A stretch of DNA of 59,943 nucleotides from Myxococcales bacterium (GCA_947445025.1 CANFCB010000003.1:1-59943); one strand, 5' to 3'; positions 35,694-48,049 are shown, counted from the stretch's first letter. Translations and numbers: made by a program. The notes: generated by a model from the letters alone, not told the origin.

Positions 35694-36880
35694 GAAAATT
35701 GTTCCTGATTGCTCTCATTTTTTCGATCATGCAAGGCCATATGACCTTGCTGAATACCTTCACAGGCAAGCGCTCGAAGCGCACCAAGATTTTGCGCTAA
35801 ACCAACGCTTGCGATTAAGCCGGAAAGTTTTTTTGCAGTTTGTCCAAAAGCACCTAATATTTTCAACGATGTTTTAATAGTTGGATGCAACTGCGTACTA
35901 CCGCCCAGCACGCCCACCGCCATCGGCAATTCAAGGGCACAATGCATAACACCTAAATCATCGTTCAGTTGGTAGGAAGTCAGACTGCTGTATTTTCCTG
36001 TACGGCAAGCATATGCATGAGCGCCTGCTTCCAATGCACGCCAGTCGTTTCCCGTCGCGATAGCCACAGCATCAACGCCATTCATGATGCCTTTATTATG
36101 GGTTGCTGCGCGATATGGATCTAAGCAAGCAAACCGATAACCTTCAATCATGCGACTGGCCACTGTACGTCCATCGTCGCCATTTTTATCCGTCGCCAAT
36201 AAACGATACGGAATCGAACAATTTGCCCTCGCTAAACGAAGGTCTGCCAAATTAGATAAAATACGAAACCCGGCACGGCCTTGCACCATGGCCGACAAAA
36301 TAGGCGCGAGACCTTCGACAATAGTATTAACAGTGTTAGCACCCATAGCGTCGCAGCAGTCCACATGGACATGTACAATCAGCATCCCGGGTAAAATACG
36401 AGGAATAACGTCGACGCAGCCGCCGCCACGTTTCTTCATGCTTTCACAAAAACCATTGCATATTTGCAGCAACTCTTCGCGCTGCTCTTTGATTTGCTGA
36501 CAGGCAGCATCAATATCTGGCAAATCCAAAATTTGGATCTGTCCAATCATGATCGACTCATCAACTTTAGTGTGAAACCCGCCTGACAGTGCGACTATTT
36601 TAGCCATGTGGCTGGCAGCAGCGATAACACTTGGTTCCTCAATCGCCATCGGCACTAAAACAGCCTCGCCATCAACTATAAAATTAGCAGCAACGCCAAT
36701 CGGTAACCCAAAAACACCAATGGCATTTTCTACCATGACATTCGCCGTCTCCAGGGAAAGCCCATTCGGCAAAGACAAAGCATGAAATGCTTGCGAATCT
36801 ATTTGTAAACGCTGGCCAATTTCTTGACGACGCTGTGCAACAGTCAGGCGATAAAATCCGGGAATTATTGAGTGACTCAT
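35690..36880 (-). CDS. mvaA: Hydroxymethylglutaryl-CoA reductase, class II
   Basis: ENAIGVFGLPIGVAANFIVDGEAVLVPMAIEEPSVIAAASHMAKI and CDAMGANTVNT resemble class II (Pseudomonas mevalonii-type) HMGR. 396 aa. Confidence 0.85.
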   Translation of the reverse strand: MSHSIIPGFYRLTVAQRRQEIGQRLQIDSQAFHALSLPNGLSLETANVMVENAIGVFGLPIGVAANFIVDGEAVLVPMAIEEPSVIAAASHMAKIVALSGGFHTKVDESIMIGQIQILDLPDIDAACQQIKEQREELLQICNGFCESMKKRGGGCVDVIPRILPGMLIVHVHVDCCDAMGANTVNTIVEGLAPILSAMVQGRAGFRILSNLADLRLARANCSIPYRLLATDKNGDDGRTVASRMIEGYRFACLDPYRAATHNKGIMNGVDAVAIATGNDWRALEAGAHAYACRTGKYSSLTSYQLNDDLGVMHCALELPMAVGVLGGSTQLHPTIKTSLKILGAFGQTAKKLSGLIASVGLAQNLGALRALACEGIQQGHMALHDRKNESNQEQFS

Positions 36881-36892
36881 GGCTCTTTTGCC

Positions 36893-38368
36893 TCAAGACT
36901 TCGAATAATAATTAGGCGATTCTTTGGTGATAATCACGTCATGCACATGACTTTCGCGAAGACCCGAACTGGTGACTTGCACAAATTTTGCTTTTTGCTG
37001 AAGCTCTGAAATATTGGCTGCTCCCAAATAACCCATTCCTGAACGCAAACCACCCGTGAGTTGATAAACAATTGCAGAGAGCGGTCCTCGATAAGGAATC
37101 CTTCCTTCTATACCTTCGGGAACAAATTTGCCAGATTCCGTCACATCAGCCTGACCGTAACGATCTTTGCTGCCCTCAGCCATGGCTCCCAGACTGCCCA
37201 TGCCGCGATAAACTTTGAAGGTACGTCCTTGATAAAGGATTTGTTCGCCGGGTGCTTCATCGGTTCCTGCCAACAAGGAACCAATCATAATTAAGTTGGC
37301 ACCAGCCGCCAAAGCCTTGACGATATCGCCAGAATATTTAATGCCGCCATCGGAAATGAGTGCAATCCCTTTGCGTTTGGCCACCTTGGCTACATCCATG
37401 ATGGCGCTTATTTGCGGTACGCCCACACCTGCAACAATACGCGTCGTGCAAATCGATCCAGGACCGATTCCCACTTTGACGGCATTGACGCCGGCATCAG
37501 CCAAAGCCAAAGCGCCTTCACTAGTTACAATATTGCCAGCCACAATGCTCATATCTGGAAACCAATGGCGCAATTTTTTAACACTATTAATCACCGCAAG
37601 ACTATGACCATGAGCCGAATCCACAACCAAGACATCTACACCTGCAGCAACTAAAGCATGGGCGCGCGCCTCTAAATCTTGACCGACCCCCAGCGCAGCT
37701 GCACACAAAAGTCGACCACGACCGTCACGCACAGCATTGGGAAACGCCAAAACAGTTTGCAGGTCTTTAATCGTGACCAATCCCGTTAACATGCCTTCAT
37801 GATCGACCAAGGGCAATTTTTCAATACGATGCTCTTGCATCAAAGCCCGACAAACTTCGGCAGATGTCCCCTCTTTTGCCGACACCACATTCTTAGTCAT
37901 TACTGAGGAAACAGCGACGCGGGTTTCTTCAGTAAAACGTAAATCTCTTTTGGTCACAATGCCGCATAGTTTCCCGTTATTGGTCACAGGAAAACCACTC
38001 ACATGATGATTTTTCATCAACTGCATCACTTCAGCAACAGTGGTGTCCGGACCAATGGTCAATGGATGAGACACGACGCCAGCCTCAAAGCGCTTCACTA
38101 AAACAACTTCTTCGGCTTGTTTGGCAATAGATATGTTCTTGTGAATGACGCCCAAACCACCCATATGTGCCATGGTGACCGCGGTAGCACTTTCTGTAAC
38201 TGTGTCCATGGCAGCAGAGAGCAAAGGGCTTTTAAGCAAAATATCTGGGCTTAAAGAAGATACAATATCGACTTCGGCAGGCAATATTTCCGAATAGGCT
38301 GGCACCAAAGAAACATCATCAAAGGTTAAGCCTAAAGAAATGCCTTCGTATGAACGTTCTTTCATCAT
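36893..38368 (-). CDS. guaB: IMP dehydrogenase
   Basis: Catalytic loop [14 protein letters not shown] pair, [17 protein letters not shown]. 491 aa. Confidence 0.95.
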   Translation of the reverse strand: MMKERSYEGISLGLTFDDVSLVPAYSEILPAEVDIVSSLSPDILLKSPLLSAAMDTVTESATAVTMAHMGGLGVIHKNISIAKQAEEVVLVKRFEAGVVSHPLTIGPDTTVAEVMQLMKNHHVSGFPVTNNGKLCGIVTKRDLRFTEETRVAVSSVMTKNVVSAKEGTSAEVCRALMQEHRIEKLPLVDHEGMLTGLVTIKDLQTVLAFPNAVRDGRGRLLCAAALGVGQDLEARAHALVAAGVDVLVVDSAHGHSLAVINSVKKLRHWFPDMSIVAGNIVTSEGALALADAGVNAVKVGIGPGSICTTRIVAGVGVPQISAIMDVAKVAKRKGIALISDGGIKYSGDIVKALAAGANLIMIGSLLAGTDEAPGEQILYQGRTFKVYRGMGSLGAMAEGSKDRYGQADVTESGKFVPEGIEGRIPYRGPLSAIVYQLTGGLRSGMGYLGAANISELQQKAKFVQVTSSGLRESHVHDVIITKESPNYYSKS

Positions 38369-38415
38369 GGTGGGTCCTCTACCCCAATCACCATAAGAGG
38401 CAAGGGGCCTTTGCC

Positions 38416-39054
38416 CTACTTTTTGTCTGCCGCCATTTGCTCTGCAATTTTTCGATAGCAGGTGGCCTGTACCAAAGTGGCCATCTGATTTTGATAACGC
38501 TCTACCAAATCAAAACGTCCACGTTTTTTGGCATCTTCTAAGGCAACATAAAGTTGAATATAGGCGCGCTCGCTGTTGACAAAAAATTTTACAGCATCTT
38601 GCACAACTGCCACACTCGATTGACTAACCGAAGGTGTGCTGTGAGAAAAAGCGTATTCATTGTCTTCAGAATTTCTGATAGTCAACACGGCAATAGCCAT
38701 TGCGTCACTTCTGCGCCCGTACGAATTTTTCACTTTGATATGAATATTAAAATCAACAATGGCGATGCTAGAAAGCGAAGAATACTCGCGCGCAAAACTT
38801 TTGAGCATACCATCAAATAACGCATCAACCAGGCCAACGCCTTGCCCTTCGATATCCATCTGGGTAGTTTGCTCGTCGGTATGCTGATGTAAATTAGCTC
38901 TGACCTTGGCGTGCCCCCCGTCAAAGTCTTCATCTAAAAAAAATTGTTTGGTTTGGAAAGTCACATAGCTTTTTCCAAGAACCTCTCGGCTTAAGCCTTC
39001 TACTTTTTGTGCCTTCACGTCCCTTGTACTTAAATCGCTTAAAATTTCTGCCAT
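38416..39054 (-). CDS. Hypothetical protein, possibly LeuA-allosteric-domain-like
   Basis: I placed the start at the ATG at 39054 (AGGAG SD 9 nt upstream). EGQGVGLVDALFDGM is reminiscent of the GNGPVDA motif of the isopropylmalate synthase regulatory domain. This is a weak, memory-based call. Confidence 0.45.
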   Translation of the reverse strand: MAEILSDLSTRDVKAQKVEGLSREVLGKSYVTFQTKQFFLDEDFDGGHAKVRANLHQHTDEQTTQMDIEGQGVGLVDALFDGMLKSFAREYSSLSSIAIVDFNIHIKVKNSYGRRSDAMAIAVLTIRNSEDNEYAFSHSTPSVSQSSVAVVQDAVKFFVNSERAYIQLYVALEDAKKRGRFDLVERYQNQMATLVQATCYRKIAEQMAADKK

Positions 39055-39099
39055 GGTAATAAACTCCTGATTTAAAAACCCCAACCGTGCTTGCAATAG

Positions 39100-40112
<1,013 letters not shown>

Positions 40113-40113
<1 letters not shown>

Positions 40114-40808
40114 TGATCATGACCAAGCATAACAACTTCTCCTCTTCCTCAATTGGTAGCAAGACCCTCATGGCTACCACCGGATTGTTTCTAATATTTT
40201 TTCTCGTCGTGCATTTATGCGGGAATCTGCAAATGTTTGCTGGTCAGGATGCCGTTAACACTTATGCTGTATTATTAAAAAGTTTTCCAAAGTTACTATG
40301 GAGCATGCGCATCGCTCTGATTGCGGCTTTTGTGTTACACATATACACTTCTATCCAGCTAACGATTAAAAATCGTGCAGCCAGACCAATTGCTTATGGA
40401 CAAAATCAACCAGTGCGATCTACTCTGGCCTCGAGAACCATGCTACTCAGCGGCTTGGTAGTGTTGGCTTTTGTGCTTTTTCACTTGGCCCATCTCACCT
40501 TGGGCTGGATCAGTCCTGAACAGGCTAATCTCATCGATGCTCAAGGCCGACATGATGTTTACAACATGACGGTTTTGGGATTTCAGAATATTTATATATG
40601 CAGTTTTTATATCGTGGCACAAATTTTATTGTGCCTGCATATAAGTCATGGTTTTTCCAGTTCAGCACAAACTCTTGGCCTCAGCGCCCATGGTCGATGC
40701 GCTGTTTTTTTGCGACGTTTTGGTGTCTGCTTTGCGCTTTTGATAGCGATACTGTATATTTCCATTCCCGCATCGGTATGGCTCGGCATCATACCAACGG
40801 AGCTATAA
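40113..40808 (+). CDS. sdhC: Succinate dehydrogenase/fumarate reductase cytochrome b subunit (single-subunit, 5-TM type)
   Basis: [23 protein letters not shown] and further His-bearing TM helices. The start overlaps the mdh stop (TAATG). Confidence 0.8.
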
Positions 40809-40809
40809 A

Positions 40810-42723
40810 ATGATTTTAGACGCCAAAATTCCCTCGGGACCTTTGCCTGACAAATGGAATAACTATAAGAACGCCAGCAAACCCATCAATCCTGCTAACA
40901 AACGAAAGTACCACATCATCGTCGTCGGCACCGGTTTAGCTGGTGCTTCGGCAGCCGCCTCTTTGGGTGAACTTGGATTTCGCGTTTCCACTTTTTGCTT
41001 TCAAGACAGTCCTAGACGCGCTCACAGCATTGCCGCACAAGGCGGCATTAATGCTGCCAAAAATTATCGTAATGACGGCGACAGTGTGCATCGTCTATTT
41101 TATGACACCATTAAAGGTGGCGATTTTCGCGCGCGTGAAGCCAATGTTTACCGCTTGGCACAACTGAGCGGCAACATCATTGATCAGTGCGTGGCACAAG
41201 GCGTTCCTTTTGCCCGCGAATACGGTGGTCTGCTCGATAATCGATCCTTTGGTGGCTCACTGGTTTCGCGGACTTTCTATGCACGAGGACAAACCGGTCA
41301 GCAACTTATGCTCGGCGCTTATGGTGCTCTCAATAGGCAAATCGCCGCCGGCAATGTCAAAAGTCATCCGCGTAGCGAAATGCAAGATCTCATCATGGTC
41401 GATGGTCACGCTAAAGGAATTGTAGTACGCAACTTGGTCACCGGCGTAATGACGGCTCATACTGGTGACGCAGTGGTTTTAGCCACAGGCGGATACGGCC
41501 CGGTTTTCTACTTGTCCACCAATGCCGTCGGATGCAACGTCACAGCGACCTATCGCGCTTTTAAGCAGGGCGCACTGTTTGCCAATCCTTGCTACACGCA
41601 GATTCACCCCACCTGTATTCCTCAACACGGAAATCATCAGTCCAAGCTGACACTCATGTCAGAATCGCTGCGTAACGATGGGCGGGTCTGGGTTCCTAAA
41701 CAAAAAGACGACAAAAGATCCCCGCAGCAAATCCCTGAAGCCGAACGTGATTATTATTTGGAGAGAAAATACCCAAGCTATGGCAATCTGGCGCCTCGAG
41801 ATATTGCCTCGCGTGCAGCAAAGCTTGTCTGTGACGAAGGTAGAGGCGTTGGCCCAGGTGGACGAGGTGTTTTCTTGGATTTTAGCGATGCCATTACAAG
41901 ATTAGGCAAAGATGTTATTTTCGCCAGATACAGCAATCTTTTTCACATGTATCAGAAAATCACTGCGGAAGATCCCTTTGAAGTACCGATGCGCATCTAC
42001 CCTGCTTCCCATTACACTATGGGCGGATTGTGGGTTGATTACGAATTGATGAGCACCATTCCCGGACTTTTTGTTTTAGGCGAGGCTAACTTTTCCGATC
42101 ACGGCGCCAATCGCCTCGGCGCCAGTGCCTTGATGCAAGGATTAGCCGATGGCTATTTTGTACTGCCCAACACCATTTCTGGTTATTTGAACCAAATCAA
42201 ACCAAATAGCATCAAAGATAACGACTCAAAATGCAAACAAACCGCCATTGATGCCGCTGACTACGTTCACCGTCTCATGTCTATCCAAGGAAGGCACTCT
42301 CCCGATTTTTTCCATCGCGAACTGGGGAAAATTATGTGGAACGATTGCGGTATGACCAGAACGGAAAAAAGCCTGCAAAATGCTTTGGCGCAAATTCCGC
42401 AATTACGAGACCAATTCTGGAAAGATGTTAGGGTCACCGGCACTGATTTAGAAATGAATCCTGTTTTAGAAAAAGCCTTGCGCGTTGCTGACTTTTTAGA
42501 ATTTGCCGAACTTTTATGCCATGATGCCCTGCAAAGGCGTGAGAGTTGCGGCGGTCATTTTCGCGAAGAATTTCAGACAGAAGACGGAGAAGCAAAACGT
42601 AACGACGATGAATTTTGTTACGTCGCAGCTTGGCAATACCAAGGAGCGTCGCAAAAACCAGAGCTCCACAAAGAACCACTGCAATTTGAAAACATCGCGC
42701 TGGCACAACGGAGTTACCAATGA
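40810..42723 (+). CDS. sdhA: Succinate dehydrogenase/fumarate reductase flavoprotein subunit
   Basis: FAD motif [15 protein letters not shown], covalent-FAD region [26 protein letters not shown]. 637 aa. Confidence 0.95.
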   Translation: MILDAKIPSGPLPDKWNNYKNASKPINPANKRKYHIIVVGTGLAGASAAASLGELGFRVSTFCFQDSPRRAHSIAAQGGINAAKNYRNDGDSVHRLFYDTIKGGDFRAREANVYRLAQLSGNIIDQCVAQGVPFAREYGGLLDNRSFGGSLVSRTFYARGQTGQQLMLGAYGALNRQIAAGNVKSHPRSEMQDLIMVDGHAKGIVVRNLVTGVMTAHTGDAVVLATGGYGPVFYLSTNAVGCNVTATYRAFKQGALFANPCYTQIHPTCIPQHGNHQSKLTLMSESLRNDGRVWVPKQKDDKRSPQQIPEAERDYYLERKYPSYGNLAPRDIASRAAKLVCDEGRGVGPGGRGVFLDFSDAITRLGKDVIFARYSNLFHMYQKITAEDPFEVPMRIYPASHYTMGGLWVDYELMSTIPGLFVLGEANFSDHGANRLGASALMQGLADGYFVLPNTISGYLNQIKPNSIKDNDSKCKQTAIDAADYVHRLMSIQGRHSPDFFHRELGKIMWNDCGMTRTEKSLQNALAQIPQLRDQFWKDVRVTGTDLEMNPVLEKALRVADFLEFAELLCHDALQRRESCGGHFREEFQTEDGEAKRNDDEFCYVAAWQYQGASQKPELHKEPLQFENIALAQRSYQ

Positions 42724-43463
42724 GCATGAACCTAGAGTTACGCGTCTGGCGTCAAAAGAATCCCCACGCCAAAGGATATTTTGTTTCCTATCAAGCAAAA
42801 AACATCTCTCCCGACATGTCTTTTTTAGAGATGCTCGATGTCGTCAACGAAGATTTAATCAGCAACAATCAAGACCCCATCGCATTTGAATCAGATTGCC
42901 GCGAAGGTATTTGCGGTGCCTGCGCATTGGTGATTAATGGTGTGGCCCATGGACCAGAGCGCGGCACAACCGCCTGCCAGTTGCATATGCGCCACTTTAA
43001 CGACGGCGAAACCATTGTGGTTGAGCCCTGGCGCGCCAAAGCATTCGCTCCCATCAAAGATCTCGTTGCAGATCGCAGCGCCTTCGACCGCATCATGCAA
43101 GCCGGCGGATTCGTTTCCGTTAACACCGGTTCAGCACCCGATGCCAACACCGTTCTTATCTCTAAAACATATGCAGACTTAGCTTTCGATGCTGCCGCCT
43201 GCATTGGCTGCGGCGCCTGCGTAGCTGCCTGCAAAAACGCCTCTGCCATGCTCTTTGTCGGAGCCAAAGTGTCACAATACGCGCACCTACCCCAAGGACA
43301 ACCCGAACACAAGTTTCGCGTACAAGCTATGGTCATGAAAATGGATGAAGAAGGCTTTGGTAGCTGCACCAACACCCAAGAATGTGAAGCCGTCTGCCCC
43401 AAACAAATTAGCACCCGGGTCATCACCGAACTCAATCGCGAATTCTTGCGAACGTATTTGTAA
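42720..43463 (+). CDS. sdhB: Succinate dehydrogenase/fumarate reductase iron-sulfur subunit
   Basis: Cys clusters [32 protein letters not shown]. The ATG overlaps the sdhA stop (ATGA). Confidence 0.9.
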   Translation: MSMNLELRVWRQKNPHAKGYFVSYQAKNISPDMSFLEMLDVVNEDLISNNQDPIAFESDCREGICGACALVINGVAHGPERGTTACQLHMRHFNDGETIVVEPWRAKAFAPIKDLVADRSAFDRIMQAGGFVSVNTGSAPDANTVLISKTYADLAFDAAACIGCGACVAACKNASAMLFVGAKVSQYAHLPQGQPEHKFRVQAMVMKMDEEGFGSCTNTQECEAVCPKQISTRVITELNREFLRTYL

Positions 43464-43549
43464 AATCGCGTTGATTCAGCCCCGGTTGACGGGTTCATTT
43501 CCAATCATTATGCTTGCGAACTAATCAATACGACAAATGGGTGATTTTT

Positions 43550-44002
43550 ATGTTTAGCAAAACCAAATTTTTACACTGGATTAAACGCTATGGCCCTGCC
43601 GAAATTAGCGGCACTATCGCGGTTTATATTGCTTTTTTTACCGTGGAACATTTTTCCAGCTTCGTTTTAGCCGCTGGCTTCATAGGGGCTATGGCCGAGA
43701 ACGTCGGTTTTTACAGTGTCATTTTCTATCAACGCCTCAAAGACAAACATAACCATAAAAATAAAACTAAAATGCTAACCGATATGCTCGCAGAATTTGG
43801 GCCCGCAGAAGTCCTAGACAGCTTTTTCTTGCGCCCACTTTGCCTGGTGCTAGGTGCCAACCTGTTGGGACCCGAAATTGGTGTTTTGGTTGGAAAAATC
43901 GTCGGCGATGTGTGCTTTTATATTCCGGTAATTGCCACTTATGAAATACAACAACGACGGAATCGCGCTAAGCAAATTAAGGCATCTTCGATTCTACCAT
44001 AA
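43550..44002 (+). CDS. Hypothetical integral membrane protein
   Basis: The ORF track starts at a TTG (43514). The first ATG gives MFSKTKFLHWIKRYGPAEISGTIAVYIAFF..., with several hydrophobic helices. Confidence 0.45.
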   Translation: MFSKTKFLHWIKRYGPAEISGTIAVYIAFFTVEHFSSFVLAAGFIGAMAENVGFYSVIFYQRLKDKHNHKNKTKMLTDMLAEFGPAEVLDSFFLRPLCLVLGANLLGPEIGVLVGKIVGDVCFYIPVIATYEIQQRRNRAKQIKASSILP

Positions 44003-44005
44003 TAC

Positions 44006-44842
44006 TTATACGACATCGCCATTATTAATCCCGATGTAGCCATGCCTCATGGGGGCATTTCGCCTCCATTTTATCCACTTATAAATTCCAAGGGCAGTCA
44101 CCAGAAATGCCGGAATAACCATCGTCAGCCCAAATGGTTCCCAAGCAAGCTCAGTGCAGCTATTAAAAGAGTCTTGCGATAGCGTCAGGTAAGACAAAAT
44201 CAATGATACTACTTTAGGATCAGACGCCAAACTAACATCTTTTGCATCTAAAGTTTGCACCTGCCATTGCGTATAATCACAATTCCCATCACTTGCTTGT
44301 AAAGGTGTCACCAAAATCTTGGCATCACCATTGCTATCGCGAACAGTCAATTGCCCGGCATCGTAATCATATTTGGAAATATAAGCAACCGCAGCGGCGC
44401 CCAACGGCTGAAATACCGTCAAATAGGCATATACAACGCTGTTTTGAAGACCGATTTTATCTGTGCCCATATTGATGAAAAAAATAACGTTGCCATTACA
44501 ATCCATTAAATAAATCTGCGTAGCTCCACCATTCGACACAACCATTGTTCTTGCAGATATTTCAGGATGCCCACCTTGCAGGATTAAGTTGATATTATCT
44601 TTCCAAGCGGGACAAGTTAAACGATAAGAGCCAAGCATGTCGCCATGGCGACTCAAAATTTTAACTTCACCTCTAAAAGACTCGTCTCTAAAAGAATTCT
44701 TCCATTTTGAATTGCTGCAGCGACGTTCATACGACAATGTAAAATTATTTTTATTATTCTCAAAAACATCAGGGCAAACCAACGCAAGCGCACTCAAAGA
44801 ACACGTCATATTAGCGAAAAAAAATATCCATTTCTGATACAT
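44006..44842 (-). CDS. Hypothetical secreted protein with C-terminal membrane anchor
   Basis: Start assigned arithmetically to Met25 of the ORF track product (MYQKWIFFFANMTCSLSALALVCP, signal-like). C-terminal TM LTMVIPAFLVTALGIY followed by KWIKWRR. Several Cys residues. Confidence 0.5.
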   Translation of the reverse strand: MYQKWIFFFANMTCSLSALALVCPDVFENNKNNFTLSYERRCSNSKWKNSFRDESFRGEVKILSRHGDMLGSYRLTCPAWKDNINLILQGGHPEISARTMVVSNGGATQIYLMDCNGNVIFFINMGTDKIGLQNSVVYAYLTVFQPLGAAAVAYISKYDYDAGQLTVRDSNGDAKILVTPLQASDGNCDYTQWQVQTLDAKDVSLASDPKVVSLILSYLTLSQDSFNSCTELAWEPFGLTMVIPAFLVTALGIYKWIKWRRNAPMRHGYIGINNGDVV

Positions 44843-44998
44843 AAAAAACTCCAAAAAAATTTGTGTTTTTTTACTTTGGGCTTTTACGCACAAATCCGTT
44901 ACGCTATGAAACAAGCGCCAATCCTCTTTATTCCTTGCGCGCGATGTCCGTTTAAAGTTGCCTGCGCTTACAAAAAAGAAAATTTATTTACGTGCTAA

Positions 44999-45439
44999 TT
45001 ACTTATTTTTTTTACAATCAGAGCAAAATCCGTAGAGTTCCATACGATGATAATTAACCTGGAAATCGTGAGCATCCGCAATATCATTTTGCAATTGCTC
45101 AATCTGCTCACTAAAAAATTCAGTTATTTTCCCGCAGGCCGTACAAATAAAATGATCATGATGAGCGTCTTGATCCGTGGTTGGCTCAAAACGAGCATGT
45201 CCATCGCCAAAATCATGTGATTTCGCCAAACCACAAACTTGCAACAATTTCAGTGTTCGATAAACTGTCGCCAAACTTATTTTTTGATCGCTTTTACGAA
45301 CGTGTTCTAAAACTTCTTCGGCCTTCAAATGTGCATTTTGCGCAAAGAATACTTTGGCAATTAGCTCTCTTTGTTTCGTTGTTTTTAGCCCCACCGATTG
45401 CACATAGTTTTGCAGTATCTGCAGTGGATCGTTAGACAT
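44999..45439 (-). CDS. fur: Fur-family transcriptional regulator
   Basis: Winged-helix N-terminus, HHDHFICTACGKITEF, C-terminal CSDC. 146 aa. Confidence 0.85.
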   Translation of the reverse strand: MSNDPLQILQNYVQSVGLKTTKQRELIAKVFFAQNAHLKAEEVLEHVRKSDQKISLATVYRTLKLLQVCGLAKSHDFGDGHARFEPTTDQDAHHDHFICTACGKITEFFSEQIEQLQNDIADAHDFQVNYHRMELYGFCSDCKKNK

Positions 45440-45929
45440 AAAGCTCTCGTCTCGTCAAAGCCAACAGTGGCGATATATCTGCTCGATCTAGCAATGCCAT
45501 TTCACATTCAACTTGCCTGATGGCACTTTCAGCGTCGCGTTCATGATCAAGACCTAACAAATGCATAATACCATGAGCAAAAAGCACGGCAATTTCCTGA
45601 TGGGTTTTATGGCCCAACTGTTTTGCTTGGCTTTTCGCCTTCTCCACAGAGATCACAACATCACCAAGCACAAAATCAAAACCAGGCATCTCCTCGCCTG
45701 CTTGTGCTGCAAAAGACAGAACATCGGTAGCTTTGTTCTTACCTCGCCATTGCAAGTTAAGCGCTTTAATTTCTTCATCGCTAGTAAAATGAAGCGACAA
45801 AAACATGTCGGGCAAATCGGCTGCCACATAAACTTTCTTGATAAGACGAAGCACTTTTTTGCGCAGTCCTGGCTTTAATAAGTCAACACCCGAAATAATG
45901 AGTTTATTTTTCTTAAGATTATTTTTCAT
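45432..45929 (-). CDS. ybeY: rRNA maturation endoribonuclease YbeY
   Basis: HGIMHLLGLDHE zinc motif. Start assigned to Met13 (MKNNLKK...) of the ORF track product. Confidence 0.85.
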   Translation of the reverse strand: MKNNLKKNKLIISGVDLLKPGLRKKVLRLIKKVYVAADLPDMFLSLHFTSDEEIKALNLQWRGKNKATDVLSFAAQAGEEMPGFDFVLGDVVISVEKAKSQAKQLGHKTHQEIAVLFAHGIMHLLGLDHERDAESAIRQVECEMALLDRADISPLLALTRRELYV

Positions 45930-45997
45930 TACTTTTCCATCTTTGAAAAAAAACCATGCACGCAAGTAACTGTACCGTCAACCTGTCCGTGACAAAA

Positions 45998-48049
45998 TCA
46001 AAAAGCCAGCAATTCTTTGACAGCATTTTCAATAGTATCTACTTGCGGCAGAATAGCAGTCTCGAGGACCTTGGCAAAACCAACTGGTATATCCAGAGCA
46101 GCCACGCGCATCACCGGTGCATCTAAATCGGCAAAACAGCGTTCCATAATAATACTACTCACCTCACTGCCAACACCATTAAAGCGATGGTCCTCGTGCA
46201 CAACCAGTATTTTTCCAGTGCGCCGCACAGTTTGACAAATGCCCTCTTCATCCAGCGGCTTTATTGATCGCAAATCAAACACTTCAATGCTGTGGCCTTG
46301 CGCTTTTAATTTTTGGGCCACCTGCAAGGCCATCCACACCGTATTGCCATAAGTAATAATGCTTAAATCCGTTCCAGAATGACGCACACGGCCTTTTCCA
46401 AAGGGCACCGCGTGTTCACTACCAAGATTAGGTGCTCGTGCTTCAGCGCGGTTGTATAGATATTTGGGCTCTAGAAAAAAGGTCATTCCTTGTGAACGAA
46501 TCGCTGTTCGCAATAATCCTGCGGCATCGTCGGCAAAAGCCGGATAAACCACGCGAACTCCAGGAAGGTGACTCATGATCGCCTCAACATTTTGCGAATG
46601 ATAAAGTCCACCCTGAATGTAACCACCCGAAGCCAATCTGAAGACTACGTTGGGAGAAAACTGCCCAAAACTTCGCCAATAATCGTGGCTCATTTCCACA
46701 ATCTGTTCCATGGCAGGCCAAACATAATCAGCGAATTGCGCAGCCTCGATGACAACATGAATTTTTTTATCAAAACGGCACATGCCATTGGCAGTACCAA
46801 CGATAAAATCCTCAGCAATGGGCGCATTAAACACACGTTTATTGCCAAATTGCGCAAGCATCCCTTTGGTTAAATTAAAAACCCCGCCTTTTTCTTTAGA
46901 AGCGACATCCTGCCCCCACAAAAAAGTGTCGGGATTTTTCTCGAACTCTTCTTTTAAAGTTCTATTAATGGCCTCGCGCAGCTTTTCAGTTTTTTCGGCT
47001 TCCGGATAATTTTCTGGCTCCACCATCAGTACTGGCTCATAGCGAGGTGCTTCCACAAATTGCATGACACTTGTCGCTAATGGAATCGCCGCCGCTTCTG
47101 CTTTTTGGCCAGCTTCTTGCAATTCAGCATCGACTTCTTTTTCTAATTTGGCCAAGTCGGCTTCAGTCAATATGGTCTTTTCTAAAATATAGCCACGCAA
47201 ACGCAGCACCGGATCAATTTCCTGAGCCTTTAGAATTTCTGCTTTCTCTCGATAGAGCTCTTGGGCATCTGAATTAGAATGCGCGCCCATGCGCACACAT
47301 TGGGCATGGACCATGGCCGGCCCTTGGCCTGAATTCACATAATCAACTGCTTCACTCATAGCCTGAAAACTCGCCAAGAAATCAGTCCCGTCGACTCGAA
47401 TAATATGCAAATGTTTAATGCCAGCAAAATTATCAGCCACACAGGTATTGGCAGTTTGTTCCGACAGAGGAACAGAAATACCATAACCATTATTTTGAAT
47501 AACAAAAATAACCGGCAGTTTTTCTCGACTGGCCCCGTTAATCGCCTCATAGCAATAACCTTCGGAAAGCGAAGAATCACCTTGAGAAGAAAACGCAATG
47601 CCGCCGCTGCCATAATATTTGATGGCCCTGGCAACACCAACAGCATGCAAGGCATGGTTGCCAGTGCAGGACGAAACATTTTGAATGCCAATTTCCGGTT
47701 TGGCAAAATGATTGGACATGTGACGCCCCGCGGAACCGGGATCATCGGCTTTAGAAAGGCCGTTAAGCATTAGTTCATAGGGCGTCATGCCCGCGGCCAA
47801 TACCGTGGCAGTATCTCGATAATAGGGAAATAAAAAATCTTTTTTAGGTCTAAAATGACTACCCAAAGCAATTTGGATACCTTCATGACCACCACAACGC
47901 GCATGATAAGACCAACCCATGCCGCGGCGAATATAACGCCCAGCCTGATCATCTATTTGCCTTGCGGTATAGGCCAAACGATAGCATTTAATGATTTGCT
48001 CAAGGCTGATTTGTTTTGATGTGTTCATACCTAAGGGTTTATATGCCAT
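45998..48049 (-). CDS. Fused E1 alpha/beta subunit of a 2-oxoacid dehydrogenase (TPP-dependent)
   Basis: N-terminal alpha-like half with TPP motif GDSSLSEG...NN, and a C-terminal beta/transketolase-like half (FNAPIAEDFIVGTANG). Start set to Met23 (48049), which removes the overlap with the upstream ORF. Confidence 0.8.
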   Translation of the reverse strand: MAYKPLGMNTSKQISLEQIIKCYRLAYTARQIDDQAGRYIRRGMGWSYHARCGGHEGIQIALGSHFRPKKDFLFPYYRDTATVLAAGMTPYELMLNGLSKADDPGSAGRHMSNHFAKPEIGIQNVSSCTGNHALHAVGVARAIKYYGSGGIAFSSQGDSSLSEGYCYEAINGASREKLPVIFVIQNNGYGISVPLSEQTANTCVADNFAGIKHLHIIRVDGTDFLASFQAMSEAVDYVNSGQGPAMVHAQCVRMGAHSNSDAQELYREKAEILKAQEIDPVLRLRGYILEKTILTEADLAKLEKEVDAELQEAGQKAEAAAIPLATSVMQFVEAPRYEPVLMVEPENYPEAEKTEKLREAINRTLKEEFEKNPDTFLWGQDVASKEKGGVFNLTKGMLAQFGNKRVFNAPIAEDFIVGTANGMCRFDKKIHVVIEAAQFADYVWPAMEQIVEMSHDYWRSFGQFSPNVVFRLASGGYIQGGLYHSQNVEAIMSHLPGVRVVYPAFADDAAGLLRTAIRSQGMTFFLEPKYLYNRAEARAPNLGSEHAVPFGKGRVRHSGTDLSIITYGNTVWMALQVAQKLKAQGHSIEVFDLRSIKPLDEEGICQTVRRTGKILVVHEDHRFNGVGSEVSSIIMERCFADLDAPVMRVAALDIPVGFAKVLETAILPQVDTIENAVKELLAF

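Noticed and set aside
42869-43504. A 211-aa ORF antisense to sdhB, along with similar antisense ORFs throughout the track (for example 576..974, 28710..29138, 47356..47745).
   Set aside because: They lie entirely inside genes with strong family motifs on the other strand. They lack an SD and have low-complexity Ser/Ala/Pro/Cys-rich products. They are typical shadow ORFs.
44816-44882. An apparent frame inconsistency when I hand-translated across the A/T homopolymer runs near the 5' end of ORF 44006..44914, which would suggest a frameshift or phase-variable tract.
   Set aside because: The computed ORF track reads straight through. The discrepancy is explained by a one-base miscount on my part in a poly-A run. 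It is not reported as a frameshift.
44843-44998. A Fur box in the 156-nt spacer downstream of fur and upstream of the secreted-protein ORF.
   Set aside because: There is no 19-bp GATAATGATAATCATTATC-like palindrome, only generic AT-rich sequence.
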